Source: Gnetum montanum (Eukaryota > Plantae > Gnetophyta). From it: a DNA stretch of 64,000 nt. The notes beneath the pieces are model-generated. The model was not told the origin of the DNA. It saw only the letters and a program-made list of their open reading frames with translations, and made no database searches. Of this stretch, positions 12,765 to 25,454 are shown piece by piece. A program made the translations under genes and the position numbers. Position 1 is the first letter of the stretch. Each line of letters begins with the position of its first letter. The DNA is taken from the NCBI GenBank assembly GCA_015680685.1, contig MNCI01003186.1, positions 1,143,570 to 1,207,569 of the forward strand, written 5' to 3'.

Positions 12765-13250
12765 CTAAGCAAAATGAACTTCTTGTGTAATTCTCCTTTG
12801 AAGATGTTTAGCATCTGAAATCTTTCTGTATCTTTGCACATGAAAAGGAGGATGAATCCTTAAAGAATCAATGGTTTTGACTTTAGGTAATGCAACAAAC
12901 ATTAGACCCATAACTTCTCTTGAACCAATGTGAATAGTAGCCTCATCTATTGTCATTCCTTGATATTTATGAATAGTCATGGCCTATGCCAACTGTAATG
13001 GTGACTAATGAGATGTTCCTCAGAGCAAGAGCACAATTGGCACATGATGGAGATTACCATTATCAAAGGCATATTCGATGTAGGAGTCAAAATAAAAAAT
13101 AATGTATAATGGTAATGTAGGTGGTTATTTACATTAAGGATACATAATACTATGTATCATGCCAAGTGCACCATTTACCAATCTTTCTTTAGGCCAAAGG
13201 TTAACTATAAGCATTACCCTTACACCTTCACATATAAGTAGAGATTGCAT
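12765..13250 (-). pseudogene. PIF1-family helicase C-terminal fragment, second long copy
   Basis: The frame reads EGVRVMLIVNLWPKERLVNGALG...MTIHKYQGMTIDEA...GLMFVALPKV (ORF 12765..12980). Confidence 0.85.
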
Positions 13251-13495
13251 TACTTGTTGTAGTAGATAGTTGTTGCACTACTTGTTGCAGTAGATGGTTG
13301 TTTTTGTTGATCTTAAAGAGAGTGTTCTTCACCTTCTCTATTAGGACTAATAGCAGTAGGATCCATGTTTCTAAAAATGCATGAATTCCAATATTGCACC
13401 TCTTAATCTTGTAACATGATGTCTAAGTTCAATATCCTTAAATACTGCATCACACTATAACCATCATCACCTTAACCATTGCCATGATTATAATT

Positions 13496-15209
13496 TGTAC
13501 TGACTAAAATCATCAGTGTGAGGCTAGAAAGAAAAACAAATGCCAAAAGATTGTTGTAGAGGCACAGTTGACCCTGCCTTCATGCGAGGGCAAGTTGGAA
13601 ATGGAAACGAAACCAGAATGCCTTGGATGGTCTACATACAAATCAACCAAGGACTTCCCCAAGCGTAAGCTATGGAAATCGTTGGGGTCATCGTAACTAA
13701 TGACGTAAAAAATGTAAATGGTGATGCACAAGATGAAAACATAGCATATATAGAAATTTATTGTGAATAAAGCGTAAATAGAGAAAATAATGTAAATGGA
13801 AGGGAATAATGAACTGTATTGTATTGCTTAATAAGAATATGCACCGGTCAAAGTGTAGTTCCATGTGTAGATGGAAAGTCAAGTTCTAAGCCCTAGAGTG
13901 ATGTTTTTATAGGTGCTTGGATGTTGGGAGTCATGTGTGCTTGAGCGTCCAAAGTTGTCAGTCAATGCTCCCAAATTTGTCCCTCTTCAAAATTATCAAC
14001 CTCGTTTATGTGAATGGATGGGGTATTTATAAGGTTTGGCTAGGCTCAGGCATGGAATTCATTGATGAAATTAATGACTGAGAGCTGAGAGGAAAATAGA
14101 TCATGTGACACATGTTTGACACACAACTGTGTGTGAGTTGGACGTGCATAGGCAGGCTACATTCTTGACCGAATGCATTGTATCTTACAATATGTATTGG
14201 CTTACAGAAGCTAGCGTATGCCCATAAAAGTAGATACGATTTGGAGCGTAAGAGCTTGACAAGCTCACAAATGGTGAAAATTTACAAAGATAATAGTGTA
14301 CAACAAGAGAATTTGACTCTGGCTCACTTGATCCATGGACTAACTATTGCAGGATATTGATTTAAGCGATTTTGTGGCTGTTTGAGGCATTTCTATTCCA
14401 AAAAAACTTCCAGTGTGAGTTTATTTTGTCTTGGCATGTCCTTAGCATGTGTTTGGCATGCTTTTGACTAGGTGTGATCAATACTCATGTTGTACTCATG
14501 CTGCACTCACGCTACCAGCGTGACCTCAACATGACCTAGGTGTGAGTGAGCTATTAATGACATATTTCACACAAATTTTTGATCTCTAAAGCTTGTTTCT
14601 TAAGTACAACAATTTCCTAACTGTGGTTGACCCTGAGAGTGATCTCATGTTGAAAACTAAGCTTGAGAATGTCTTGATTTAAGCCACTTTTGGTAACTCA
14701 CGCTGGACTCACCCTACCAGTGTGAACTCAGCGTGACAATAGCATGAGGTAAAAACCTTTGCAATTTTAGAACAAGGAAAGCCAACATGAGTTTCTAGGA
14801 CAAGCTAGCATGAGTTTCCAGGGCAAGCCAGCATGAGTTCTAAGGGCAAGCCAATGTGAGTTCCTAGGGTAAGCCAGCGTAAGTTCCCAGGGCAAGCCAG
14901 TGTGAGTACCCAGGGCAACCCAACATGAGCTTCTAGGGCAAACCAACATGAGCTTCTAGGGCAAGCCAGCATGAGTTCCTAGGACAAGCCACCATGAGCT
15001 TCCAAGGCAAGCTAGCATGATTTCCTAGGGCAAGCCAGCGTGAGTTCCCAGGGCAATCTCAACATGAGCTTCCATGGTAAGCCAACATGAGCTTCTAGGG
15101 CAAGCTCAACATGAGCTTCATGCCGTAGTTAAATTATTACCTCCAAAAGTTCAAAAGGCTCTGAGTTTTTCTCATTTCAAAGTGTTAGGCCGAAATTAGT
15201 GGTGTTTCA
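13496..15209 (-). repeat. 3' LTR of element C (contains a 23-bp array at 14770-15120)
   Basis: Runs TGTACTGACTAAA...GTGGTGTTTCA. GGG(C/T)AAG recurs at 14821, 14844, 14867 and 14890. Confidence 0.9.
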
Positions 15210-16295
15210 TTGGTCCCTCTTTGTTAACGTCTAGAGGAATCCACCTAAGAGGCATTTTTTTCTGGAGGAAGACCTTTCTGTGCATTTTTTCCTTTGATCT
15301 TTTTGTTCTTCTTTTTATTTTCTTTTTCATTTTTTTATTTTTTGTTCTTTTCTGAAGAGCTTACTTTCAGTGTTGTGGTTGTGCTCATGTTCTTGCATTT
15401 GTATCATGTACGATGTACTACATTTTGCATTGCAACTTCTTAGAGAATCATAGCATGCAACAATGTATCAAGCGCTTTGAGATGAGTAGAATGTATCAAG
15501 GGGGGTGTAATTGAATAGGATAAAGGGAACATGGAGGGAATGGGGAATGTATTAGGACACAAGAATGTACTTAAGAATGGATTGATTAACCTAGTTACAT
15601 ACATCAGGAAGAATGTGATACCTTGTCGTCATGATGAAATGCATCTATGTGTGAACGCCTCAAGCGTTTCATCCTGAAAACACAACTCCAAGAAGATAGG
15701 AAAACCATAAATGAATCAGTTAGCTAAGAACCTTAGAGCACAACCAAGGAGATGGAGCCACCATGTGCAATTTCAAAGCAGACAAGGTCATGAACAACAT
15801 CAACTTCATCTGGGTCCGTAAGACAAATTGTGTAGCAAGTCTTTGTAGAAAATGTACAGCCAATTACAGCAACATTTCTTCTTAAGTATTTCCTGGTCAT
15901 TGATGATGTCACCAGTTTATAGTCTTAGTGGACTGTTGTGGGTTAGTTTCATGTCATAACACTTTGGATGACACCAGTTTAGTGTTGTAGAAAATGGTGC
16001 ATTATTAGTTTATAGTCGCAGTAGACTATGAAGAGGCAAATCAATTTATAGTCTTAGTGGACTCTGCATGCTAGTTTCATGTCATGGCGGACAAATGTGG
16101 CAGTTTAGTGTCATATTGGACAGAGCTCTATGGTGTTAGTTTACTATCATGACTCCAGGACACTTTCTGGTGCCAATTTCAAGTCATAGCCCTAGGACCA
16201 TTCTATGGTATCAATTTTCAGTCATGATGCTAGGACTGTTCTATGTTATTATTTTTAGGTCATGATGCCAGGACTATTACATACCTTACATTGAT

Positions 16296-16410
16296 CATAC
16301 ATAGTACCATTTCAGGTATAGGTGATTTGTAGGATTAGCGAACTTGTTCCAGTCCATGTCAGCAAGTTTGAATGCTCCGTTGTTGTATGCCTTGGTGACT
16401 AAGTAGAGAT
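16296..16410 (-). pseudogene. Integrase C-terminal GPY/F remnant
   Basis: The minus frame reads NLYLVTKAYNNGAFKLADMDWNKFANPTNHLYLKWYYV*, typical of the Ty3/gypsy GPY/F tail. Confidence 0.75.
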
Positions 16411-16844
16411 TTTTTCACCTATGAGTGTTTTATTATGGTGCTTATTTTTGTATGGTTTTATTATTTTTAGTGTTAGTGTTACTATTCTTTCAGGTTTTGT
16501 ATTTCATAATTTGTTTTGTTTTTCTTACAATGTGTAAACTAAGTTGACGAATGTATAAACAAAGAAAAATGCATGATCTAAGTGAGTGGGAAAAATGTAA
16601 ACACATAGGCTAGTGCAGCATAAACAAAAGTAAAATATGCATGGAAACTGAAGGTAAAAGGTAGGTAGGCACTTGCATTTTTGGCCAAGGGAAAGTCTTG
16701 GTCATGTAGTTGCTTCCTAATCAGGCATGGATTAGGGAGTTTGCAAGGCTTAGGATCCTCTGGGAAGCTATTGGCTTTAACCACTCCTTCAGGTGTGTTA
16801 GCCTTAGGCGTCACATTGGTTATTATAGGTGTACCACCAAGAAA

Positions 16845-17519
16845 CTATGCTTCTAAAACTTGCGCCATGTCTATGTCATGGATAGTCAAAGAAGAAGCAT
16901 TATCACCATGGATGATAACTTGACCACCTTCATATGGAAGATGAATTTCTTGGTGGATGGGAGAGGAGATGGTCCTTAGTTGGGCTAGCCAAGGCCTACC
17001 TAGAATCATGTTGAAACCTGGGATCTCCTCTATGACAATGAAATCTACACTAGTGGGGAATTTCTCTCCTGCCCAAAAGGCTAAGTTGATTGTACCCTTG
17101 ATTGTGACATGTGACCCATTGAAGGATTTTAGACATGTGGTTTTGGTTGGCTTGATTTCATCTTCCAGGCCTAGCTTGTCGATGATGGAGTACAAGACTA
17201 TGTTTGTTGCTACACCATCATCAACATGTACTCTATGGATGGTACACTGTCCAACACGAATGCTAATGGATACTGGAGCTATAGTGACCTCCCCTCGTTT
17301 GGGGTTGACTTTGACTACATCATCGTTAAAGGCTAAGGTTGTTGAACCCAATTCTTGTGGTGTAGGGAGTAACATTTTTGCATGGATGGATGCCTCATTT
17401 GCAAGGATGTCCTCTGTAATAGGAATGGAGGCCAAGACCTGGACCATTGCTTGGTAGTGAGCAGATGATGTCATGAACAAGTCATACAAGATCAACGTTG
17501 TGATCTTTTTCTTGAGCAT
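16845..17519 (-). pseudogene. Retrotransposon aspartic protease (element C)
   Basis: The 224-aa ORF contains HRVHVDDGVATNIV (catalytic D) and FNMILGRPWL. Confidence 0.85.
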
Positions 17520-17528
17520 TTGTTTTAC

Positions 17529-20130
17529 CTAGGTTAGTGCAGCTCCGAGGTCCTTGTCATTAGCCATTGTGTTAGCCTTGACTTCCTCCATGTGGCTTGA
17601 GAGATATATCTGTCGCATAGGGGACTTGGGCTTGGTTTTCTTGGCCTGCTTGGGGGTAGGGGCCCTAGTGTTTAGTTGTTGTTTGCTGGTTGTGGCCTTT
17701 GCTTCAGCCATGGGGGTTGCAAGGTGCTTTTTTTCCCTCTTGTGTTACCATTTGGTGGGCCCACCCAGGTTGCTAGTGGGGTCAACCGTCGAGGGAGAAG
17801 GGATCAAGATATTGCCCACTATTGGGCTTTGGGTAGGTGAGGGGCCATCATGTTGTGGCACCTTTATGATAAAGGGTTGCTTAGTGATTTTTGTTATTGC
17901 ATCATGGCAATTTAACATCTTAGCGGTTGGTTGGTTCAGAAATTTGACCACAAAGGGTGTTGCAGGTGCCTGAGGTGGCACTTTGATAACAAAGGAAAGC
18001 CTTTTTCTTGTGGAGGCAAAGGGGACCCTTTCCTTCTTAGTAGGCACACATATCATAAAAAGGTTGTTGCATAGGCTTGGGCTTGCCACCTATGCCAATG
18101 GAATATATGACATAGGAGGCATTGTCTATGTTGGATTCACTTGCCATGTCAATTACCAGTTGGCCTTGTTCTATCATTCTCTATAGGTCATCCTGCAAGG
18201 CACAATAGTTGTTTGTACTATGACTAGCCAATTGATGGTAATGATAGTATTGGTCTAATTTAAAATGTTGTGGGACCAAGGGCTCATTTGGTATCGCTAA
18301 TGTGGGGTTGCTTACTAGTTTACAGTACCTATCATGATTTTGATGGGTAATCACCGATACATGTTTGTGTTGCATTTGCCTAGCTTTCAAGAGTTTATCC
18401 AGTAGTTCAGAGGGTTGCATCAGTAGTGGTGTATACTTTGAGTAGTCCTTGCAATGAAAGTTGGGCCTTGGGGTGGCCCCTGCCAATGTGGGTGACTTGG
18501 CACCAAATTTGGCAATTTTGTTAGCTAGGGCTTTGGGCTGCTTAGCTGTTGGGCCCTAGTTGGTTTCTTTTGTGCTTGCAGCCACTATCGCTACTATTGT
18601 ATTTTTTTTTGCAAGCATGTTGGTTTCTATAGGCCACATAAGCTGGGTCATTGCTTGCTTACGCCACCTCTTCTATGTTCTTTATTTTTGGGAATGCTTG
18701 ACTTAAAGTACAGGCACTCAAATAATAAAGTTTTGATTTAATAAAGTCATTCATGGAAGTCTTAAAAATCATAAGCGAGTATGTCTCAAGTATGGGCTCG
18801 TGAAGTTCATTCAGGGCTGCACTCCACCTTTGGATAAATTTTTGTACTATCTTTAACGATGCTTATTTAATCTAAATTAGACCATCTAGTGTGGCTTCAG
18901 GCTTTTAATTATATTTAAAATGGGTAACAAACTGATGTAACAAATCCTCCAAAGAGGATATGGAGTTATGGGGTAAAGCTTGGTACCAGTCCAAGCCTCT
19001 TCCTGTCAGGGACATAGCAAATACATGTAGAATTGCATGATGCTAGGCTTAAAGCAATAGACATTCTAATCGAAATATTACTAGATGGGCGTTTAGATCT
19101 CCCTCTCCATTGTACTTGGTTAGTTGAGGTAATGAGATTCCCTTTGGCAAGGTTAATGGTGGAACTGAAGGGTGGATTGGGTCATCTTGGTAGAAGTCCA
19201 GAACCTTGACTTCCTCAGTGCTTGCAGTTTTAAGGTGCTTTAAATCCTTAGGTAATGAGTGCATCATTTTCTTTGGGTCTGCCCACTCTTGGATGGTAGG
19301 TAGACTGGCTAGTTGAGTAGATTACGATTGGTAGTATTTTGATTGTTGTATCATTTGTGGAAAGGGAGACTGTTGGATTATTAGTTGTTGTGATGGAGAA
19401 ACATTCAGAGATGGGATTGTAGGGTGTGATACATTATAGTGAGTAGGTTGGTGTTGCTAGACAGCTGGTGAAACCCACTGCCCAGCCAAAGGTTGTGAGG
19501 TAACACCCTAAACATGTTGGGCTAAAGTAATCAGAGGTGCTCCATGGGTTTGTAATTGTGGTATGTAGTGGATGTATGTGGAATCTGGTATAACTTATGG
19601 CATCCCAATTACTTAAGGTTGGAAAATTGATCCTGCATTAGTTTGAGGAGGGGGTTGTTGGGACTGTACTTGCAGAGGTATGACAAAGATGGATGTATCA
19701 GATTGAATGTTGAACATGGGAAAGGTTGGAATGGTAGTGGGTACTTCTTGTAGAAAAACTAGCACTTGAGTGTTTGCAGATAAAGGAGGAAGTATGGTTT
19801 CTTCCAAGAAAGGTTGGAATGATGGGATTGTATGGGCATGAGGACTGAAAGTGTGGTACAAATCCCCATGCTCAAATTGGACCACAAAGTCATCTTTCTC
19901 ATCTCTGCTCTGAGGCTCTATCAAAGGTGGCTGTGAAGTTTGATTCCTTGCCATGAGAAGCTGATATATGAGTTGATTATGAGGCTTGAAAAGGGGGATT
20001 ATGTCAAATGTTGAAGGAGTGAACTCACGAACTTCCTTGTAGATGAACTCATAGTTTCTCTTTGCTTCTCTTTCTATGCGATCGATAGGCAATTTGGCTT
20101 GAATCTTCACACAAATGAAATTATATTGTT
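17529..20130 (-). pseudogene. Fragmented gag (element C)
   Basis: Spread over ORFs 19613..20110, 19049..19267 (LPQLTKYNGEGDLNAHL, start of the retrotransposon gag domain) and 18181..18486 (YHYHQLASHSTNNY knuckle), with stops and frameshifts. Confidence 0.8.
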
Positions 20131-20342
20131 TTGGTGTGAGGATTGCATGAGTAGTGTCCCTACCCTATAGCCTAAGTGACTGGTGAGTTGGCCCTTGAGG
20201 GTTTATCATTTCAATGGCAGTTATGGGTTCTATCGCAGTCATAGGGTTTCAAGCCCTAGCCCCAAAGTCAGAGATCTACAGCATTACTGTATTGATGTAG
20301 GAGGATTCCATGGTAGCATGAGCAAGCTGACCTATTGAACTA

Positions 20343-20913
20343 GGCATGAGTAACTGGCTCAGCATGAGTAAGCTAGCTCAGCGTGAGTAACTAGCTTAGC
20401 ATGAGTAAGTTGGCTTAGCATGAGTAACTTGCTCAGTGTGAGTAAGCTAGCTCAGCATGAGTAACTGGCTCAGCATGAGTAAGCTGGCTCAACATGTGTA
20501 ACTGGCTCTGTATGAGTAACTGGCTTAGCGTGAGTAATATGGCTCAGCATGAGTAACCTGGCTCAGCATGAGTAACTGGCTCATAGCTAGCTCAGTGTGA
20601 GTAACTAGCTCAATGTGAGTAATTGGCTTAGCATGAGTAACTAGCTTAGCGTGAGTAAGCTGGCTCAGCTTGAGTAACTAGCTCAGCATGAGTAACTAGC
20701 TTAGCTTGAGTAAGCTAGCTTAGCTTCAGTAACTAGCTTAGTGTGAGTAACCTAGCTCAGTGTGAGTAACTGGCTCAGAGTGAGTAACTAGCTTAGTGTG
20801 AGTAATTGGCTCAATGTGAGTAACTAGCTCAATGTGAGTAACTGGCTTAGCATGAGTAAGCTAGCTCAGCATGAGTAACTGGTTTAGCATGAGTAATTAG
20901 CTCAGCATGAGTA
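20343..20913. repeat. 18-19-bp tandem array (AGCATGAGTAA(G)CTGGCTC, about 30 copies) in the 5' UTR of element C
   Basis: Contiguous repeats are directly visible. Confidence 0.92.
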
Positions 20914-21056
20914 GGTCAAGCTAGGTGTGTGTAATCTAGCTTGATAAGTTGGGCTTTAGTTTCAGCACTTGGTCTATGCAGTGTTTAACAGGTAGCATGA
21001 TAAATGTTTTGATGAGATGTTAAACAATTCAGGTATTTCTTCTAGTGCCAATTTAC

Positions 21057-22790
21057 TGTACTGACTAAATTCATCGACATGAGGCTAGAAGGGAAAACAA
21101 ATGTCAAAATATTTTTGAAGAGGCATAGTTGACCTTGCCTTCATGCCAGGGCAAGTTGGAAATGGAAATGAAAGTAGAGTTCCTTGGATGGTCTGCACGT
21201 AAATCAACCAAGGACTTCTCTGAGCGTAAGCTCTGGTAAGCACTGGGGTTATTGTAACTAATGATGTACGAAATATAAACAGTGATGAAAAAGATGCAAA
21301 CAAAGCGTATACAGAACTATATTGTGAACAAAGCATAAACAAAGCAAACAATGTAAATGGAAGAAAATAATGAACTGTATTGTATGTCTTAACAAGAATA
21401 TGCACCAGTCAAAGCATAGTTACGTGTGTAGATGGCAAGTCAAGTGCTAAGCCTCGGAGTGATGTGTTTATAGGTGCTTGGATGCTAGGAGTCACGTGTG
21501 CTTGAGCATCCAAAGTTGTTAGTCAATGCTCCCAAAGTCATCCCTCTTGAAAAATTTCAACCTCTCTTATGTGAATGGATAGGGTATTTATAAGGTTTTG
21601 CTATGCTCGGGCATGGAATTCATGGATGGAATCAACTGCTGAGAGATGATAGGAAAATGAATCATGTGACATGTGTTTGATGCACAATTGTGTGTGACTC
21701 GGATGTGTGTAGGCAGGCTACGTTCTTGACCGGATGCACTGTATCTTAGAATGTGTATTGGCTTACACAAGCTAGATTATGCCCATAGAAGAAAATACAA
21801 TTTGGAGCCTAAGAGCTTGAAAAGCTCAGAAATGGTGAAAATTTGCAAAGATAATAGTGTACAACAAGAGAATTTGACTCCAGCTTTCTTGATCCATGGA
21901 CTAACTGCTGCAGGATGTCGATTTGATTGGTTTTGTGGCTATTTGAGGCATTTCCATTCTACAAAAACTTCTAGTGTGAGTTTATTTTATATTGGCATGT
22001 CCTCAGTGTGTGTTTGACATGCTTTTGACTAGGCATGATTAGTACTCATGCTGTACTCATGCTGCACTCATGCTGCCAATGTGACCTAGGCATGAGTGAG
22101 CTAAAAATGACACATGTCACATCAATTTTTTATCTTTGAAGCCTATTTCTTAAGAACAACAATTTCTTGACTATGGTTGACCTTGAGAGTGATCTCATGT
22201 TGAAAACTGAGCTTGAGCATGTCTTGATTTAAGCCACTTTTGGTAACTCACGCTGGACACACGCTGCTAGCATGAGCTCAGCGTGACCACAGAGTGAGGT
22301 ACAAAACTTTCTAATTTTGGACCAGGGCAAGCTAGCATGAGTTTCCAGGGCAAGCCAGCATAATTTTCCAAGTTAATCTAGGCAAGCCAGCATGACTTCC
22401 CATGATAAGCCAATGTGAGTTCCTAGGGAAAGCTAGCATGAGCTTCCAAGGCAAGCTAGTGTGAGCTTCTAGGGTAACCCAGCATGAGCTTCCAAGGAAA
22501 GCCATCGTGAGTTCCTAGGGCAAGCCAGCATGAGCTTCCAGGGTAAGCTAGCATGAGCTTCTAGGGCAAGCCAACGTGAGTTCCCAGGGCAAGCTAGCAT
22601 GAGCTTCCAAGGCAAGCCAACGTGAGTTCCCAAGGCAAGGCAGCATTAGTTCCTAGGAAAAGCTTAGTGTGAGCTTCCAGGGCAAGCTTAGCATGAGCTT
22701 CATGCCTTAGTCAATTTTTTCCTCCAAAATCTCAAAAGGCTCTGAGTTGTTCTCGTTTCAAAGTGTTCAGCCAAAATTAGTGGTGTTTCG
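21057..22790 (-). repeat. 5' LTR of element C (23-bp array at 22322-22702)
   Basis: Runs TGTACTGACTAAA...GTGGTGTTTCG and is colinear with 13496-15209. Confidence 0.9.
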
Positions 22791-22949
22791 TAATTTTCAT
22801 TGTAACCATAATTGTCACCATTTATAATAATAATAAATATTCATTATTACTATAATCGTAACCATCACCATTTATAATAATAATAAATATTCAATATTAT
22901 CCACCATTTATAATAATGAATATTCATTATTATCCACGTCGGGCCCTAC

Positions 22950-23200
22950 ATGTGAGGGAATATGAAGAGATGAATGAGGAGCCCAAGGGTCGAGGGATGT
23001 GAATTGAATAGAGATTCAACTCCCCTGTAGTGGCTCTTTGGCTCCCATGCATGTGGTGCATGCATGTGAGAGAATACAAAGAGATGAATGGGAAGATCAA
23101 GGGTTAGGAGGCATTAATCAAGTAGAGATTCAACTCCCCTGCTCTGATTCTTTAGCTTCCAAACATGTGGCCCATGTGTGTGAGGGAATACAAAGAGATC
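22950..23200. repeat. About 114-bp tandem repeat, about 2.2 copies
   Basis: GTGAG(G/A)GAATA..AAGAGAT occurs at about 22952, 23065 and 23180; AGAGATTCAACTCCCCTG occurs twice. Confidence 0.75.
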
Positions 23201-25454
23201 AAAGTAAATTGGCATTGCAACATATATTTGTAATGCATATTCATTCGTGAAGATATAAAAAATCATGTTACAAATGCATAAATAATGTTATTATTATATC
23301 ATAGGCTTTTGTATATTGACATTATTGTTATAATGGACAAGATATAAATGATTGTAACACCTCATTCATAATTATTATATTATAATTATTGTGGAATCGA
23401 ATAAATGTTATGAGATTATTATAATTAGATCAATAATCAATAATTATAATCTGAGATATTATGGATTATAAGATTCATTCAAATGGTAACATTTCATAAC
23501 AAATAAAGCCATGATATGATAAAATATTACTCATAATCCATAATATTAGAGATATTATTTATTCATTCATAATGCTAACCCATAATGATTATATCTCGAT
23601 TAGCATTATCCATAAGATATATATAATAAAATGATTATGAATAACTGACTTTATTTATGATGAAATGTTTATAATCATTATATATAATCATTTATGTTTA
23701 CGATTATAAATATATCATTATATATAATCAAGATTATGAATAATTTAGATAAATATAATCATTGGCTTCCCTGTAGTGAATCTTTGGCTAGGTAAGATTT
23801 ATAAATAATTGGTTATTTATGATTATGGAAAGACATGTGCATCAACAGAGAGCTCATCATCATTTTCCTCAACATTAGCTAGGATCATCATAGCATGATC
23901 TTGTTGGAGATCTTCTTATGGTCTAGGTTGCCAAAGGTGCAGAAGTTCTTATTTTTATAATTTTCCAGGTTAACAACCATATCATCCATTACATTCCATC
24001 AATCAAAGAATATGTACATAAAGAAAAGGTCTCACTGCATGTGAGAAGGTAAGAAGAAATTATCAAATTTGAACTCTTTTAGTCCTCCAAATAAGCAGGA
24101 AAAATTGTTAACATTATGACTGAAGTTAGGCCAACATCTTAAATTGGCTAATAATTTTCATGTGATAGAAAAAATGCTAATGCTTTTTCATTTTATTAAA
24201 ATGCATATTGCAAACAAAAAAGCAATCACAATCACATTGAATGCATCTACTCCATGGTAACTGCTGAATTTCAAAGCACAACCATAGAAATGATAAAACA
24301 TACATAAAATATACAATGAGATAAAGAGAAAATGAACTTACAAATGTTCCTTTACATTGAAAAAGGGTGTAGAAAAAAAATATTACTCAAGATAGTAGTA
24401 GAAAATTACAATTTTAGAATTCCTTGCCACTCCAGAAAGCATTGAAAAGAGAACAAAACCAAACTTTGGAATGTTTTTGCATTGAGAATGCAAATGTATA
24501 GGAACGCATGCTAAGTACTGATGATAGAAGAGCTCAGCTTGAAGTGAAACTATGAAAATTACACAAAATCATAAAAATGTAATGTTCAACACGTTACATT
24601 TCACTATAAAAAATTAACAAAAACACACATAAAAAAACTAGCAGAAAGTTTGTTTCTAAAAAGAGATTCCAATAACCAAAGGCTATTGTTGATACAAAAA
24701 CTTCAGAAGATCCTTCCTGTTAGGCTGCAGCTTCAATTGTAGCCATTACCGTCTTTCCTTGAATGCCTCTAGTTCCACACCTCATCTTGCCGCTACCTGC
24801 AAAATTTTATGCTTAAAATATACATTCAAACAAAGCTACTCAAGAAACATATTGGCCTAATTCATATATAAATTTTATACAAAAAAGAGAAACCTAAATG
24901 AAGGGATCTTTTAGTTGTTATAACAAAAATTGTATTATGATTGTTGATGATGTGTGCATGTTGTGGCCCTCGGTGTTAAGAAAGGATGCAGTAAGGGCCA
25001 ACTGGCCTACTGCCTTATTGCTACCTTGGTTAAAGAAGTGCATGTTGATGAGCTTGTTATTGCAACTGAAGTATGGGCCACCATCATAGGTGCCTTTCCA
25101 ATGCTCTAGCAGAGCTTCAAAGCTGGCATCATTGAAGCTAGTTTAGTTGGGTCAGGTGGCATGTAGTAGCAATTGCAAATGGAGATGGAGATAGAATGGA
25201 AATAGAATTCTTGTTCCCATCCCCATTCCCATTTTGCATTTGGTTGTGTTTCACCTTTTTATGTATGCAGCGGGAATATGACAAGCTATGGCTCTTTGGT
25301 TAACATTTTGCGCAATGAGAATATGAAAGGTGTGGCTCTTGGGTTCATGTTTTTTCCAATTTCATGGGATCTTACATGGTGCATGACATGGAGGATGAAA
25401 AATGCACTCCCCCCTCCCCCCTATCCTATGAGACAAGTTGGCCTCTTGGCCAAA

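Larger units (their letters stand above)
10731..13495 (-). mobile_element. Helitron/Helentron-like remnant: four tandem copies of a PIF1-helicase C-terminus plus 3' end (continues at 22796-22960 after element C)
   Basis: The motifs VILTINLWLEVGLVNGALG and WAMTIHKSQGMTIDKA...GLMFVALS are present, with in-frame stops. Units start at about 10733, 11121, 11530 and 12681. The leftmost unit ends CACTAG on the minus strand. Confidence 0.75.
13496..22790 (-). mobile_element. Full-length non-autonomous Tat/Ogre-like Ty3/gypsy element C
   Basis: TSD TAATT at 13491-95 and 22791-95; the flanks rejoin to match the uninterrupted unit near 12500. LTRs are 13496-15209 and 21057-22790. PPT AAAGAGGGACCAA (minus, about 15210-15222) and PBS TGGCACTAGAAGAA (about 21037-21050). 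It contains gag, protease and only the integrase tail. Confidence 0.92.

Noticed and set aside
16957-17973. Plus-strand ORFs of 166 and 139 aa
   Set aside because: They are antisense shadows of the gag-protease frame.
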